A DNA stretch of 64,000 nt, taken from UHGV virus genome UHGV-2031204; one strand, written 5' to 3'. The notes under the pieces were generated by a model. It did not search any database. It was given only the letters and a program-made list of their open reading frames with translations, and had not been told where the DNA came from. This document shows, piece after piece, positions 38,238 through 48,492 of this stretch. Origin of the DNA: a virus. Position 1 is the first letter of the stretch. Every line of letters begins with the position of its first letter. Made by a program: the position numbers and the translations under genes.

Positions 38238-39164
38238 ATGTATTTGTACAAAAGTAAAAAAGTAAAAGGTATTAAAGACTGCCTTAGACAAATGGGGTCT
38301 CAGCATCTTGAAAATGTCATGGAAGAAAACCGAATAAAGGAAAATCCTGTCTCGAAATGGATAAAAAAGAATCGTAAGCATTTAACTAATGCCTTTATAC
38401 CCTACGACGCTGAGTTAGGTCTTAAAGATCCCCGTTCCCTTCACGCTCAAACATTGGCAATTGGATGGCTATACGGTGGTGCTTCCTTAATATCCGATCG
38501 AGCACTTAGAGAACTTGTTTTCGAGACTGAGATGCCCAGTAAATTCCCTGAAGAATGGTTAGACTTTATACCAACTTGGACTGTAGCAATCGATGTAGGT
38601 AAAGAAGATGAGACTTTCTTTCTCGGTTATCGAAAAAATGGGAATAGAAGGTTTATTATAATTGCTACAAATACTGATTACGGGTTAACAGAAGGTGTTA
38701 CCACGATCGCCACCTGCTCGTTAGAGATATGTAGTGTTGGAAACGGGCTTGTTGAAATCGATTATACAACTGGCGTACGGACCGAACAAGAGAAGACGTT
38801 ATGGCTATCATTGGCCAAAACCGCCATATCGTTGATATTTCTCTGTACGCTAATCCCGCCCAATCTCAGAGGGTCTTTCAATGACATTAAGTTCAAAGAA
38901 ATCAAAAAGAATGGTAGCATAAGTCACGAAATCAAACCTCGTGAACGTGACGTTAAAATAGACATCACGCCAGGACAAGTGAAATATCTAAAGGGATTTA
39001 ACACCGACTTGAAAACCATGGAAGGTATCAAACACGCCAAGGCTGCACATATCCGTCGCGCACACTGGCGCAGATATTGGGTCGGTCCAAGAGATGGGGA
39101 AAGGAAGAGAAAACTTTACTGGATTCCGCCTACATTTGTCCGTGGCTACGTACCCCACAATTAA
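38238..39164 (+). CDS. hypothetical protein, R/W-tail paralog A (308 aa)
   Basis: AGGAGAA RBS; C-terminus AAHIRRAHWRRYWVGPRDGERKRKLYWIPPTFVRGY parallels next ORF. Confidence 0.6.
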   Translation: MYLYKSKKVKGIKDCLRQMGSQHLENVMEENRIKENPVSKWIKKNRKHLTNAFIPYDAELGLKDPRSLHAQTLAIGWLYGGASLISDRALRELVFETEMPSKFPEEWLDFIPTWTVAIDVGKEDETFFLGYRKNGNRRFIIIATNTDYGLTEGVTTIATCSLEICSVGNGLVEIDYTTGVRTEQEKTLWLSLAKTAISLIFLCTLIPPNLRGSFNDIKFKEIKKNGSISHEIKPRERDVKIDITPGQVKYLKGFNTDLKTMEGIKHAKAAHIRRAHWRRYWVGPRDGERKRKLYWIPPTFVRGYVPHN

Positions 39165-39189
39165 GCTAAAAGTGTTTAGGAGTATTAAA

Positions 39190-40089
39190 ATGACAACGAA
39201 TAATAGACTTTACGGGAAAGCGCTAAGACGCATGAGCGAACAAATAGAAAAGGCGTACCAAACAATTCACGGATTAGATCAGTGCCGTTTTATTCGGTTC
39301 ATTAACGAGCATAAACGTCAAATACCCGTAACGTTTATGCCAGTTAAAGATCCGACCTATCGTGAGTATGGCGTTACCGAACAGATTCCCAGACTGATTA
39401 AGCAGTCCCTGGGACTAGGATGGCAATACGCTGCTGTTGAAATCATCTCGGATGAAGAACTGATGGCACTCTTAGCAAAAACTGAGAGACTAAAAAATAT
39501 CCCGTACTTCTGGATAGAAACCATCCCTTCATTTACTTTCTCGGTTACCGTAAATCTCGACGAATGCCCAATCACGTTATTTATCGGAAGACGTCTTTAC
39601 GAAGGTGAAGAAGTTCTCTTTGTGATGTCATGCGAAGAACATGACGAGACGGTATACATGGAGTTTGAGATTTACACGATCGATAAAAGTAATGATGATT
39701 TCGTGGAGTTAAAGCCGCTCCTTACTTCGGTTAAGGAGAATCAACGACTACTCGACGCGGTCTACATCGGGCTATATCTTTCGTCACGAATTAAACGAAC
39801 TGAGCGCGAGAAGAAAGAATTTCGCGGAAGGTCCATTCGTTATGTTCCTGATACAGAGATTCGCCCACGTAGTGAAGCGGTCGTTTTAGACGTAAGTCCG
39901 GTACAATGGGAAGATATAGAACAACAACGCAAGGAAGGACACGAGGTTTGTTTGGCGATTTATTGCTCAGCACATATCCGTCGTGCTCATTGGAAGCGTG
40001 TATGGTGTGGTAAAATGTCAGAAATGCGTTGGCGCGAATGGCGATGGATAGCGCCGAGTTACATCTCTGGATTTTATCGTGGAAAATAA
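39190..40089 (+). CDS. hypothetical protein, R/W-tail paralog B (~299 aa)
   Basis: Track ORF 39094..40089; AGGAG RBS precedes in-frame ATG 39190; C-terminus SAHIRRAHWKRVWCGKMSEMRWREWRWIAPSYISGFY. Confidence 0.6.
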   Translation: MTTNNRLYGKALRRMSEQIEKAYQTIHGLDQCRFIRFINEHKRQIPVTFMPVKDPTYREYGVTEQIPRLIKQSLGLGWQYAAVEIISDEELMALLAKTERLKNIPYFWIETIPSFTFSVTVNLDECPITLFIGRRLYEGEEVLFVMSCEEHDETVYMEFEIYTIDKSNDDFVELKPLLTSVKENQRLLDAVYIGLYLSSRIKRTEREKKEFRGRSIRYVPDTEIRPRSEAVVLDVSPVQWEDIEQQRKEGHEVCLAIYCSAHIRRAHWKRVWCGKMSEMRWREWRWIAPSYISGFYRGK

Positions 40090-40096
40090 ATAGTTT

Positions 40097-40122
40097 ACCC
40101 CTAGACCGTGTGGTCTAGGGGT
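40097..40122. terminator. bidirectional intrinsic terminator
   Basis: Stem ACCCCTAGACC/GGTCTAGGGGT; long T-tract downstream on + strand; between convergent stops 40089 and 40135. Confidence 0.6.
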
Positions 40123-40134
40123 AACTTTACTTTT

Positions 40135-40890
40135 TTATTTTTTGTTTGCCTTAAGCGCTTTTAAGCGTTCGGCAGTAACGTTCAGGCATTCGATTAACTC
40201 GTTGACCTGTTTCATGAACAAACCGAACAGCTCCACCCAATCAGAAGCAAAATCCAACATCATCGTCAGTTCTTTTGCTACATTCGGATGAATGTTTTGT
40301 TCGGACAAGATTTCTGACGTAGTACGAATAGACTCGATTGACTTGTCGATGTTCGTCCGTAGACGTTTTGTGATTTCAACGTTCAGTGCCTTAGCACGAT
40401 TGAACGCAACATCAATTTCAGACGCACTGTGATACGTCTTCTCAATTGGACGCTGGTCAATAACGTTGTTGGTGTACGATTTCGCTAATAAGTTAACCAG
40501 GTCTTTCGGGTTAACATTACGTAACGGTAAATTAACATTTTTGTAACGGAAACCAATCGGTAATGACAGTACCCCCACATCATGTGTAAGGGCCGAAAGT
40601 TGTTTATCGACCGGCAGCAGAATACCCGTATAGATGTTTTGCAGTGAACTCCATACAGATTCTAAGCGGTTCAAGTGATCCATCACGTAGGTATTAAACC
40701 CAGGTGGAACGATAACCAACATTCCCGCAAAGTGTAGGAATTTTTCTTGTTGCATCCACTTGGAAACGTCCGACATCTCGTCATAAGTGGTTAATGCAAT
40801 CTCTTGTTGAGGGCCACTGAACCCTTTCGGTAAGATTGCAGACGCTTTAGCGGCGAAGCTAGATAACGCTGCAAGTGGATTTACATTCAT
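40135..40890 (-). CDS. hypothetical protein (251 aa)
   Basis: Track ORF; single inverted gene in plus block. Confidence 0.55.
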   Translation of the reverse strand: MNVNPLAALSSFAAKASAILPKGFSGPQQEIALTTYDEMSDVSKWMQQEKFLHFAGMLVIVPPGFNTYVMDHLNRLESVWSSLQNIYTGILLPVDKQLSALTHDVGVLSLPIGFRYKNVNLPLRNVNPKDLVNLLAKSYTNNVIDQRPIEKTYHSASEIDVAFNRAKALNVEITKRLRTNIDKSIESIRTTSEILSEQNIHPNVAKELTMMLDFASDWVELFGLFMKQVNELIECLNVTAERLKALKANKK

Positions 40891-40988
40891 TCTAAAACCT
40901 CGGATTATAAGTCAGGGTTACATAGTAAAGTCTTTTTACAGTTCACCCAAACCTTATGACCGAGACAATTCCATAAAGGTAAAGCTCG

Positions 40989-41288
40989 ATGAAAATCAAA
41001 TTACTGACTCGAAACACCACACCGCGTTTAGAACCGGAAATTTATCTGACCCCAGTTAAAAAAGGTCAGAACGGTAAACCTATTCAAGTTGGAAAAGTCT
41101 TGAGCGTAACGTCGTGCCCGAGCGGTAAACGTGTTATGGAACTGGAAATTGACGAGCGTAACAAACGCCGTTTCGAGTCTATTGAAAACCCTTATCCTGA
41201 AAATGCGGAAGAAGTTACTGAGTGGGTAGAGACCTACTTTGAATTCTGGCACAACCGCCGTCTCCTTCTTCCGACCAAGAATCGTTAA
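40989..41288 (+). CDS. hypothetical protein (99 aa)
   Basis: Track ORF. Confidence 0.45.
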   Translation: MKIKLLTRNTTPRLEPEIYLTPVKKGQNGKPIQVGKVLSVTSCPSGKRVMELEIDERNKRRFESIENPYPENAEEVTEWVETYFEFWHNRRLLLPTKNR

Positions 41289-41303
41289 TTATCGGAGCGC
41301 TAA

Positions 41304-42800
41304 ATGGCAGGCCCAACTAAGCAAGTTATCGGTGAAGTAATTCGTCCACGTTTTAACGTTTACACCATCATGGATCATGCCTTAGGTAACTACGAAAAAG
41401 GTGAAGATGGTTTGTACTACCTTAACGGTGGTTTTGCCCACATCATGGGTTTCGCAGGTCGCGGTAACACTTTTAAATCCACCTTGTTAGATTTCTGTAT
41501 TTTCCAAATCCTGCAACGTTATAAAGCAGAGTGGGGTTCTAAGTACGATACAGAAGTGTCAGCCGCCCTCGATCGTTTAGAAACTGGGTACATCTCTGCC
41601 ATGAACGCCAACGGTATCGACGACGGAACGTCCGTACTGGAGCTTATCCACGAAGGTCGTTATAACCTGGTCGGTTCTGACGTAATGCCTGGGGAACAGT
41701 ATTACAGCGATTATATTCGTGATGAAGTTGAAAAACGCTTCAAGCAGTATATGTCTGGTAAAACCCGCGTAACGCCGTTCCCCGATCCGGTTCGTCGTAA
41801 GTTAAAAGAAATCCTGGACCCCTGGCTTTATTCTATCGACTCCCTGTCAGAGTGGCATTCCAGTTCGCTGGAAGACAAACACGCAAAAACTGATATTGGG
41901 GATTCTGATCAGAACATCCTGAATGCCCACGATGCCCTGCAAAAGTCGAACATGATGAGCCGCTGGCCGTCTGCGTTTGCACGCGGTGGTTTTTACATGG
42001 GCTTCGTGGCACAGATGGCCGATGACTCTGGGAAAGCGATGGCAGGTGGCCGTCAGGCACAAAAAGCAAATGCGAAAATTCTTGACGATGCCAACGACGA
42101 TTTAAAATTCGCAGGTATTCCTCGCCGTCAGCTTAGCTTTTTAACAAACTCTTTTATCGTCGCGACGAAATCAGGGGAACTGAAGAAAGACCAGAGCTAT
42201 AACGCGCAGACCGGTGTTAACGAAGAACTTTATCCGACGTCACGCTCTAAGGCGATGAATGCTTCGGTAAACGACTTGAAGATTATCACCTTTACTCAGT
42301 ATCGTGCGAAGGGCGGTCACACTGGTGTGAAATTCCAGATGATCTTCTCTCAGGAAATGGGTCTGTTATATCACCTGAGCCTGTGGCACTATTTAAGCGA
42401 CACACTGAAGAAGTCAGACTTTGGTTTCACGTCAAGCGGTAGCGGCGGCTCCATCAAAGAACTGGACATTCTACCTGGTGTGAAATTCCAACGCACGACA
42501 ATCCGTGATATGATTTCTGATAACGCGCGCTTACGTCGCGCTTTAGAAATCACGGCGGCAATCGCGTATATGCAAAACAACTACCATCGTCTTGAAATGA
42601 AGTATCATCTCAGCATGGGTGAGATTTACAAAATGATTGACGAGAAGTGGGACTGGAATGAAATTCTGGACAACACGGTAGAATACTGGATGTTTAAAGA
42701 CCAGGAAACCAAAGGTGGTAAACGTACATTGACTGCACGTACTATTCTGGGTATGGCTGTCGATGGGCTAGAACCGAAGTTCCTGACGAAAAAGAAATAA
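41304..42800 (+). CDS. RecA-fold ATPase, UvsX/RecA-like (498 aa), tentative
   Basis: P-loop-like FAGRGNTFKST resembles UvsX Walker A (AGPSKSFKSN); downstream LYSIDSLSEW resembles RecA/UvsX Walker B (VFIDSLG); larger than canonical UvsX. Confidence 0.4.
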   Translation: MAGPTKQVIGEVIRPRFNVYTIMDHALGNYEKGEDGLYYLNGGFAHIMGFAGRGNTFKSTLLDFCIFQILQRYKAEWGSKYDTEVSAALDRLETGYISAMNANGIDDGTSVLELIHEGRYNLVGSDVMPGEQYYSDYIRDEVEKRFKQYMSGKTRVTPFPDPVRRKLKEILDPWLYSIDSLSEWHSSSLEDKHAKTDIGDSDQNILNAHDALQKSNMMSRWPSAFARGGFYMGFVAQMADDSGKAMAGGRQAQKANAKILDDANDDLKFAGIPRRQLSFLTNSFIVATKSGELKKDQSYNAQTGVNEELYPTSRSKAMNASVNDLKIITFTQYRAKGGHTGVKFQMIFSQEMGLLYHLSLWHYLSDTLKKSDFGFTSSGSGGSIKELDILPGVKFQRTTIRDMISDNARLRRALEITAAIAYMQNNYHRLEMKYHLSMGEIYKMIDEKWDWNEILDNTVEYWMFKDQETKGGKRTLTARTILGMAVDGLEPKFLTKKK

Positions 42801-42844
42801 ATAGGCTCGGGTAGGGTAATCCCTACCCGACCTAAGGAGTCATC

Positions 42845-43144
42845 ATGCGTTATCAAACGGAGATTGTGGAACGCTTAAGTGAAGGATTGGCAAGTGTTAA
42901 TTTAGAAACAGCGGCCGAATTTCGTGAAGCCTTCACTCTTCCGTTTCCCGATCTGGAATCCTTTTGTTTAAAGGTCGCTGAGTATTACTCGAATCTATTA
43001 GTACGTTACGGGTATGCGCCAGTACGTTCCGAACTTCCTGAAAACACGGAAGCTATCAGCTACTGGATTGACCTGCTTGAAGCAGAAACGTTATCCAATT
43101 TACGTAAGGCGGTAGACAATGAAACTCGAACCAGCACGGCGTAA
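42845..43144 (+). CDS. hypothetical protein (99 aa)
   Basis: Track ORF with AAGGAG RBS. Confidence 0.5.
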   Translation: MRYQTEIVERLSEGLASVNLETAAEFREAFTLPFPDLESFCLKVAEYYSNLLVRYGYAPVRSELPENTEAISYWIDLLEAETLSNLRKAVDNETRTSTA

Positions 43145-43787
43145 AAAGGCGGAAGCCTACGCCTTACAAATCTTAAAGTTGGTAGACCCTTCTGGCATTA
43201 ATGCCGAAGCCGCGAAGAAAGCCTTCGCACGAATGACCGACGAACAGTTTAACCGACTTCGTGACGGTTTACCTATTTACAACCCGGTGGGAAGTAAAGT
43301 CGAAATTGACCACCTGCGCAATATCGAGGTGTGCAAAATCCTCGGGGTAAACCTGGAGCAACGACTGTGGCTAACAGAACCAAAAACGGGCGTTTATCAT
43401 CGTACCCGTTACCCTCACTTAGTCTTACGCTTGCCTGTCCGTCGTCAGACACAGATGCAAGAAAAGAAAATGGCGGTTGCGAAAAACGACAAAGTCCGCG
43501 ATAAACTCTCCGGCCAAGTCGTCGGCCCTTCCAAAGCATCCGGGGTATCCTTCCCAGAAGCATACATCATGTATTCCGATGGTCACGACTGGACGCTGAA
43601 AGAGTTCCTGTGGGCGCGTGGTGGTAACGACGCACTACAACGTGCTTTCTATCAGTCGTTACGCCAAACCGGTAAAGGTCGTATTGATTTGCCTGGAGCG
43701 GAGCGAACGAGTTCTAAAGCAACGCGTACGTGGTCAGCGTACCTAAAAGCGATGCATATCGGTAACAACATAGGCCATCCGTCATGA
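43119..43787 (+). CDS. hypothetical protein (222 aa)
   Basis: Track ORF; overlaps upstream gene by 26 nt. Confidence 0.5.
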   Translation: MKLEPARRKKAEAYALQILKLVDPSGINAEAAKKAFARMTDEQFNRLRDGLPIYNPVGSKVEIDHLRNIEVCKILGVNLEQRLWLTEPKTGVYHRTRYPHLVLRLPVRRQTQMQEKKMAVAKNDKVRDKLSGQVVGPSKASGVSFPEAYIMYSDGHDWTLKEFLWARGGNDALQRAFYQSLRQTGKGRIDLPGAERTSSKATRTWSAYLKAMHIGNNIGHPS

Positions 43788-44506
43788 GATTATCTCGACG
43801 TTTCTTAATCGATATTGATACGTTATTTGATACGCGTTTAGGTTGGGTAAAAGCCATTAAGCCTGAAAGCTTAGCCTTGCTAGACTACGATGTTTATCGC
43901 CGTCGCTACACAGAAGCTTGGGCTGGCGTACTCGGATTTGAAAAATGGGATGAAGAGTGGCGGAAGCGGGATAAGCGCGCGTTGATTAATGCGCAGCCTA
44001 CTGAATTATTGGCAACAATGAAAAACGAATTCGAGTGTATGCTGCTTGAAATCGAAATGCATTCGCCAATTGAAAAACCCACACTGACCATCAATACGTG
44101 GCCTTATACGGATTTAACGGGCGAAGAACTTCAAGCCTTTTTGAATCTGTTTCGGATGTACTACAATAACGTACAAGTTGAATTAGTGTCTTGGTCGTTA
44201 GAAGATCTCACACCGGGGAGATTGTCATTGGCGTGGGATTGCTGGATAATGTACGATTGGTTCGAGTGGATTAAGCTTAACGCCACACACTTGAAAAAAC
44301 CGATTCCGAGCTTTACCATCACACACCCTGCCATGCTCACACCAGAATTGACCGGGAAGTTGGTTGAACAAATCAAACAAGACGGGGTTAACCCGTTTAA
44401 GGAACATATCCGGTTTATGGCGGAGTGGGTCGGTGTCGACCCACGAGATGCCGCTTTATTTAGTCTTGCTCGCCCTGCTCAGGACGTGCAAACGCCGCCG
44501 TCATAA
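43784..44506 (+). CDS. hypothetical protein (240 aa)
   Basis: Track ORF; ATGA overlap with upstream stop. Confidence 0.5.
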   Translation: MRLSRRFLIDIDTLFDTRLGWVKAIKPESLALLDYDVYRRRYTEAWAGVLGFEKWDEEWRKRDKRALINAQPTELLATMKNEFECMLLEIEMHSPIEKPTLTINTWPYTDLTGEELQAFLNLFRMYYNNVQVELVSWSLEDLTPGRLSLAWDCWIMYDWFEWIKLNATHLKKPIPSFTITHPAMLTPELTGKLVEQIKQDGVNPFKEHIRFMAEWVGVDPRDAALFSLARPAQDVQTPPS

Positions 44507-44924
44507 TGGACCTAACATCGATTTGTTCACCTACTGGTGCCAGCTCCCCTTCTGTTACCTCAACATTGGGAATAGCAGGAACGGGGGGCTGGTAGCCCTG
44601 GGTTTCGTCGATTTCCTCATCATGACGCCGTATTTTGATATTGCCACGTTGCATGAGGATGCTATTAAGTGCATTCGCCAAATCTTGGTTAGCTTCGCTG
44701 TTTTTCTGTGCAGCGGCGACGCGACGTTTGGAAATGATTTGTTTATCAACGTCGTTAAGCAAAGACCCTAACCGGTCTACCGTTTTCAAGTCTTTGTGTG
44801 CTTGTGGATCGTCTAAGATGAGATTCACAATCCGTACACGGGCTTGTTGCGTTTGGCGGAGAAGCGATTCTTCGTCGTCCACATCTCCATCAAACGCCTG
44901 ATATTTCACTTCTTCGTCAGCCAT
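44460..44924 (-). CDS. hypothetical acidic protein (154 aa)
   Basis: Track ORF; GAGGT RBS 7 nt upstream of ATG on minus strand; 3' end overlaps convergent plus gene by 47 nt. Confidence 0.45.
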   Translation of the reverse strand: MADEEVKYQAFDGDVDDEESLLRQTQQARVRIVNLILDDPQAHKDLKTVDRLGSLLNDVDKQIISKRRVAAAQKNSEANQDLANALNSILMQRGNIKIRRHDEEIDETQGYQPPVPAIPNVEVTEGELAPVGEQIDVRSIMTAAFARPEQGEQD

Positions 44925-44956
44925 TCTTACTACCTCAATTTCAAAAAGAAGTCAGA

Positions 44957-44966
44957 CAGATATTAT
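44957..44966 (+). promoter_or_regulatory. AGATATTATC promoter-like motif (copy 3)
   Basis: In divergent intergenic region, 39 bp upstream of 44996. Confidence 0.35.
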
Positions 44967-44995
44967 CTACGTGAGACATTCTTTAGGAGTGAATT

Positions 44996-45544
44996 ATGTT
45001 AACAGGAATAATAACTCGTTTTAAACAACGGTTAGAGAATAATCGTTTAAAAGCCCTCAGAGAGTCTCTGAAGCAGGAGTTCCATAAGAACACCCACAAC
45101 CCCTATGTCAGAGTCTTTACCGGCTTACAATTGCTTACGTTGCCTTTAAACATAAACGAAGAACCTTTTCGTCCCAGCCTTCGCGGTTTCCTCGAATTGC
45201 GTATTAATAACATTGATCTCGTTTATCAACGTTTGGCATTTCTCATTAATGAATACCAACGAGCAATTAACAGGAGTTCAATCGAATGGCTGCCATTACC
45301 TGACGCTTTAAATAAACGAAACGACTTGGCGGAATACCGATGGCTAGACACTTATTTTGGGACGTCCAGTCCTGAGGTTGCCGCTTATAAGCTGGGTAAA
45401 TTACTCGCGCTAATTCAACCCTATGAATCGGCGTTCCTTAAACCGGAGTCCGACGAAGACAAAGCGCTGGTAAATCAAACTGCGCATTTATTCCGGGAGT
45501 TGGAAACGTTGATTGAACACTACCTTTTAGAACGTCCTATTTAA
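44996..45544 (+). CDS. hypothetical protein (182 aa)
   Basis: Track ORF with AGGAGTG RBS. Confidence 0.55.
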   Translation: MLTGIITRFKQRLENNRLKALRESLKQEFHKNTHNPYVRVFTGLQLLTLPLNINEEPFRPSLRGFLELRINNIDLVYQRLAFLINEYQRAINRSSIEWLPLPDALNKRNDLAEYRWLDTYFGTSSPEVAAYKLGKLLALIQPYESAFLKPESDEDKALVNQTAHLFRELETLIEHYLLERPI

Positions 45545-45574
45545 TAAACCAGTAACCCCTTGTAACAAGGTGAT

Positions 45575-46420
45575 GTGATGGATAGCAAAAAAGTAAGTGT
45601 GGTCGTGGACGCTGAAGACGAACGTGCAGGCGGACCACTTCAAACGCTTTATTGGAATTATAAAGAATTGATCGGATGGAAGCCTTCGGATTACAAACTC
45701 GCCGTCGCCAAACATATTCTGTCTCCAGAATTTAAAACACGTTCAAAAGCAACGATGGACGATCGAATACAACGTATCTCCACGAAGCTGAGTTCAGGTA
45801 ACATCCCCGCACTACCTGTCGATCTTACCTGGCGAGGTTTTACAGAAGGGTTGGTGATTACCGGAGTGGAAACACTGCGGATTTGTGTGACCACTTACCG
45901 AGGACACTTCAAAACAAAAACCGTATCTGAAATTACCACACGCGTGCGTGAAGATCTCGCTCGGGATTTGTTCGAAGATAACGACGAACGACCTAAAGAG
46001 TCTGCAACTGCGCAATTGAACCGTTATTTCCAGAACTGTGGTGAGACCGCAAAGATGATGGTGCATCCGTTATCTCGGCTAACTTGGACTATCTTCGCAA
46101 ACATGAAAATGAATGCGGATTGGTGGTATCGTCTTTCCACAAACTTCGTTAACGATCCTGCTAACTGTGAGCAGACACCGTCGAAACGAAATGATTTGCG
46201 GCACAACATGCAGCACAATCTAAGGTTAAAAAAGAAGTTTTCCTGGAAATGGTTTATGAGGGTACTCAAGGCAATTGATGTTCGTAGTTTCGAAATCCTT
46301 CTGACCTTAAGGCGTCAGAAAGACAATAAAATCTACGAAGTTCAGGTCACGGTAAACCTTGACGAATACCAAATTGGAGACCAGAATGAAAATCGACCAA
46401 ATAACCAGTCAGATAAATAA
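45575..46420 (+). CDS. hypothetical protein (281 aa)
   Basis: Track ORF. Confidence 0.5.
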   Translation: MMDSKKVSVVVDAEDERAGGPLQTLYWNYKELIGWKPSDYKLAVAKHILSPEFKTRSKATMDDRIQRISTKLSSGNIPALPVDLTWRGFTEGLVITGVETLRICVTTYRGHFKTKTVSEITTRVREDLARDLFEDNDERPKESATAQLNRYFQNCGETAKMMVHPLSRLTWTIFANMKMNADWWYRLSTNFVNDPANCEQTPSKRNDLRHNMQHNLRLKKKFSWKWFMRVLKAIDVRSFEILLTLRRQKDNKIYEVQVTVNLDEYQIGDQNENRPNNQSDK

Positions 46421-47660
46421 AGGTCAGTCAGCAATCGATAATTCCGTTAATACGGCAAAGAACGCCGCAAACCGCGTACAATCGACGGTGGAGAATGCGG
46501 AGCGTGGCATTAAAAACACGGTCGATAGCGTCAACCGATTATCAGAACGTGCTGGTGAAACATTCAACAAACTGATTAGCGGCGGCAACGAACTGACCAG
46601 CAAAATTGGTAACCTTTTTGGCGGTAGCGATACCGCCAGTGTTGGAGGTAGTAAGACTGCTGGGAGTTCGGCCTCCGGTGTATCTCCGGGACAAAAGGTT
46701 CCCGGTTTTGCATCTAATACCAAAGAAACGCTTCCTGTCCTCGACCCGCAAAAGCGTGACGTTTCTGAACCCTTTAAGAAAAAGGACGAAGATGGTCTAA
46801 AGGCGTTAGACTACCTAAGTCCAGGCGGAATGGGGAAGCTGTTAGGTAAAGGGTGGGACAGCATCGGCAGCTTAACCGACTCTGTTTTATCAGGTATCGG
46901 CACTGACTTTAACTCGGTGAAAAAACGTCTCGAAGGGACGATGAACATTGCTGGGCAACTGGCTAAACTCCCCTCGGAAGTTAGCCAAGAAGTCAACGGG
47001 TTTATGTCTGAAGTCAACAGTATGCGTTATCAGATCACCTCGATCGTTGATGACGTACAACATACTTTCGACAGCTACAAAGACTTAGACGACTTCTTAG
47101 CCATCGATAACCTGATTAACAGCTTTAAAGGCAGCGACAGTTTCTCCACGTTAGACATTAATACCTCTTCAGCGCTGATTTATGGCCTATCTACCAAACT
47201 GAACAGTTATGGTTTACCGGCTAAAATTGAGCCGATGCTTCAAGCGATTACCGACACACAAGCAAAAGAGGTACTGTACGGCGAGTTGATGATTCAGGCG
47301 GCAGCGACAGGTAATCTGGATTCAACAGAATACTATCTGGATAAACTGCAACCGGGACAAGGGACCCAGATCGCAGCCACCGTTATCCAAAATCTCATGG
47401 CTAACCTACGGGTTGAACCTGGTGTCAGTTTCAAAACGTATGGTACTCGTCTATTAACGCTATTTAAAGGATTAGATGCAAAGTGGGACAAAGCGAAGAA
47501 TATCACGCCGGAAATGACTGAACTTAAACTTTACACCTATGCAGGCGTAAATGCGATTCAGGCGCTACTGACCACCGAGAAACGTAATTACGTGATTGCT
47601 GCAGGCAGTGTAAGTTACCAGTCTACCGATAAAATCGTGGAAGACTATTTTGCAATTTAA
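46386..47660 (+). CDS. hypothetical protein (~424 aa, Ser/Thr/Gly/Asn-rich)
   Basis: Track ORF 46359..47660; GGAGA RBS precedes in-frame ATG 46386. Confidence 0.5.
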   Translation: MKIDQITSQINKGQSAIDNSVNTAKNAANRVQSTVENAERGIKNTVDSVNRLSERAGETFNKLISGGNELTSKIGNLFGGSDTASVGGSKTAGSSASGVSPGQKVPGFASNTKETLPVLDPQKRDVSEPFKKKDEDGLKALDYLSPGGMGKLLGKGWDSIGSLTDSVLSGIGTDFNSVKKRLEGTMNIAGQLAKLPSEVSQEVNGFMSEVNSMRYQITSIVDDVQHTFDSYKDLDDFLAIDNLINSFKGSDSFSTLDINTSSALIYGLSTKLNSYGLPAKIEPMLQAITDTQAKEVLYGELMIQAAATGNLDSTEYYLDKLQPGQGTQIAATVIQNLMANLRVEPGVSFKTYGTRLLTLFKGLDAKWDKAKNITPEMTELKLYTYAGVNAIQALLTTEKRNYVIAAGSVSYQSTDKIVEDYFAI

Positions 47661-48492
47661 GAGGCCGGTTATGTCCGAACCACAATTACTGCGTTCCGTA
47701 TTAAAGAAGATCAAAAGTCAGGGCGAAGACAATCACGCTCTGGCATTAACGCTGGGTTATCAACCTGGGCGAAATAATCCTAATGGATACGTTAACGCGT
47801 CAAACATCGTGCTTACTCCTGATGAGCGCTTTGTTTATGTCCTATACCTTCGTCGTTTAGGCTACGTTTGTGCGTTACCCGAAAAACTCCCTTTTACCGA
47901 TGGTATCAACCATCTTAACCTTTACTCTAACGGTCGTACTACCGTAGGGAAAATGATCAGTAACTTCTACGCACAACCTAACGGTGCGAAATTCGACACA
48001 ATTCACGGTCAGTTTTTAACGCTAGAAGGCTACTATCATTATTTAAGGATCGTAGACTATCTGTTCTACAAAGGCTACGGAATAAACGCTTTGGGTCGTT
48101 TGGAAACTGAATATCCTGACATCCGTTTATTACGCACCCTGACTGGGGCTGAATGTATACAACGCGGTCGGCGATTAAAGGCGAGTATTTACGGGGGCAC
48201 GGATTATCGGCCTGGCGAGTTTAGCGATTACGCGAACGGTGCATTTCAAAACGCATTACTGCGTAAACTCCGACTCTTGAAGTTTGACGGAAGCTGCTTA
48301 GGTAATGTGTTATCGTACTGTCATTCGATGGGATTACCGTTCTTGCATTACTACGTTATGAACGGCCGGGTTATTACACCACCCCATTCGGAATGGCTTC
48401 CTAATCTGGTGGTTTCTATTGTAGAAAACATCGACTTTAACGACACAACGTTCGACATTACGAGCGTCAGTGAAAGTATGGGATTAATCTAA
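47650..48492 (+). CDS. hypothetical protein (280 aa)
   Basis: Track ORF; overlaps upstream stop. Confidence 0.5.
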   Translation: MQFKRPVMSEPQLLRSVLKKIKSQGEDNHALALTLGYQPGRNNPNGYVNASNIVLTPDERFVYVLYLRRLGYVCALPEKLPFTDGINHLNLYSNGRTTVGKMISNFYAQPNGAKFDTIHGQFLTLEGYYHYLRIVDYLFYKGYGINALGRLETEYPDIRLLRTLTGAECIQRGRRLKASIYGGTDYRPGEFSDYANGAFQNALLRKLRLLKFDGSCLGNVLSYCHSMGLPFLHYYVMNGRVITPPHSEWLPNLVVSIVENIDFNDTTFDITSVSESMGLI

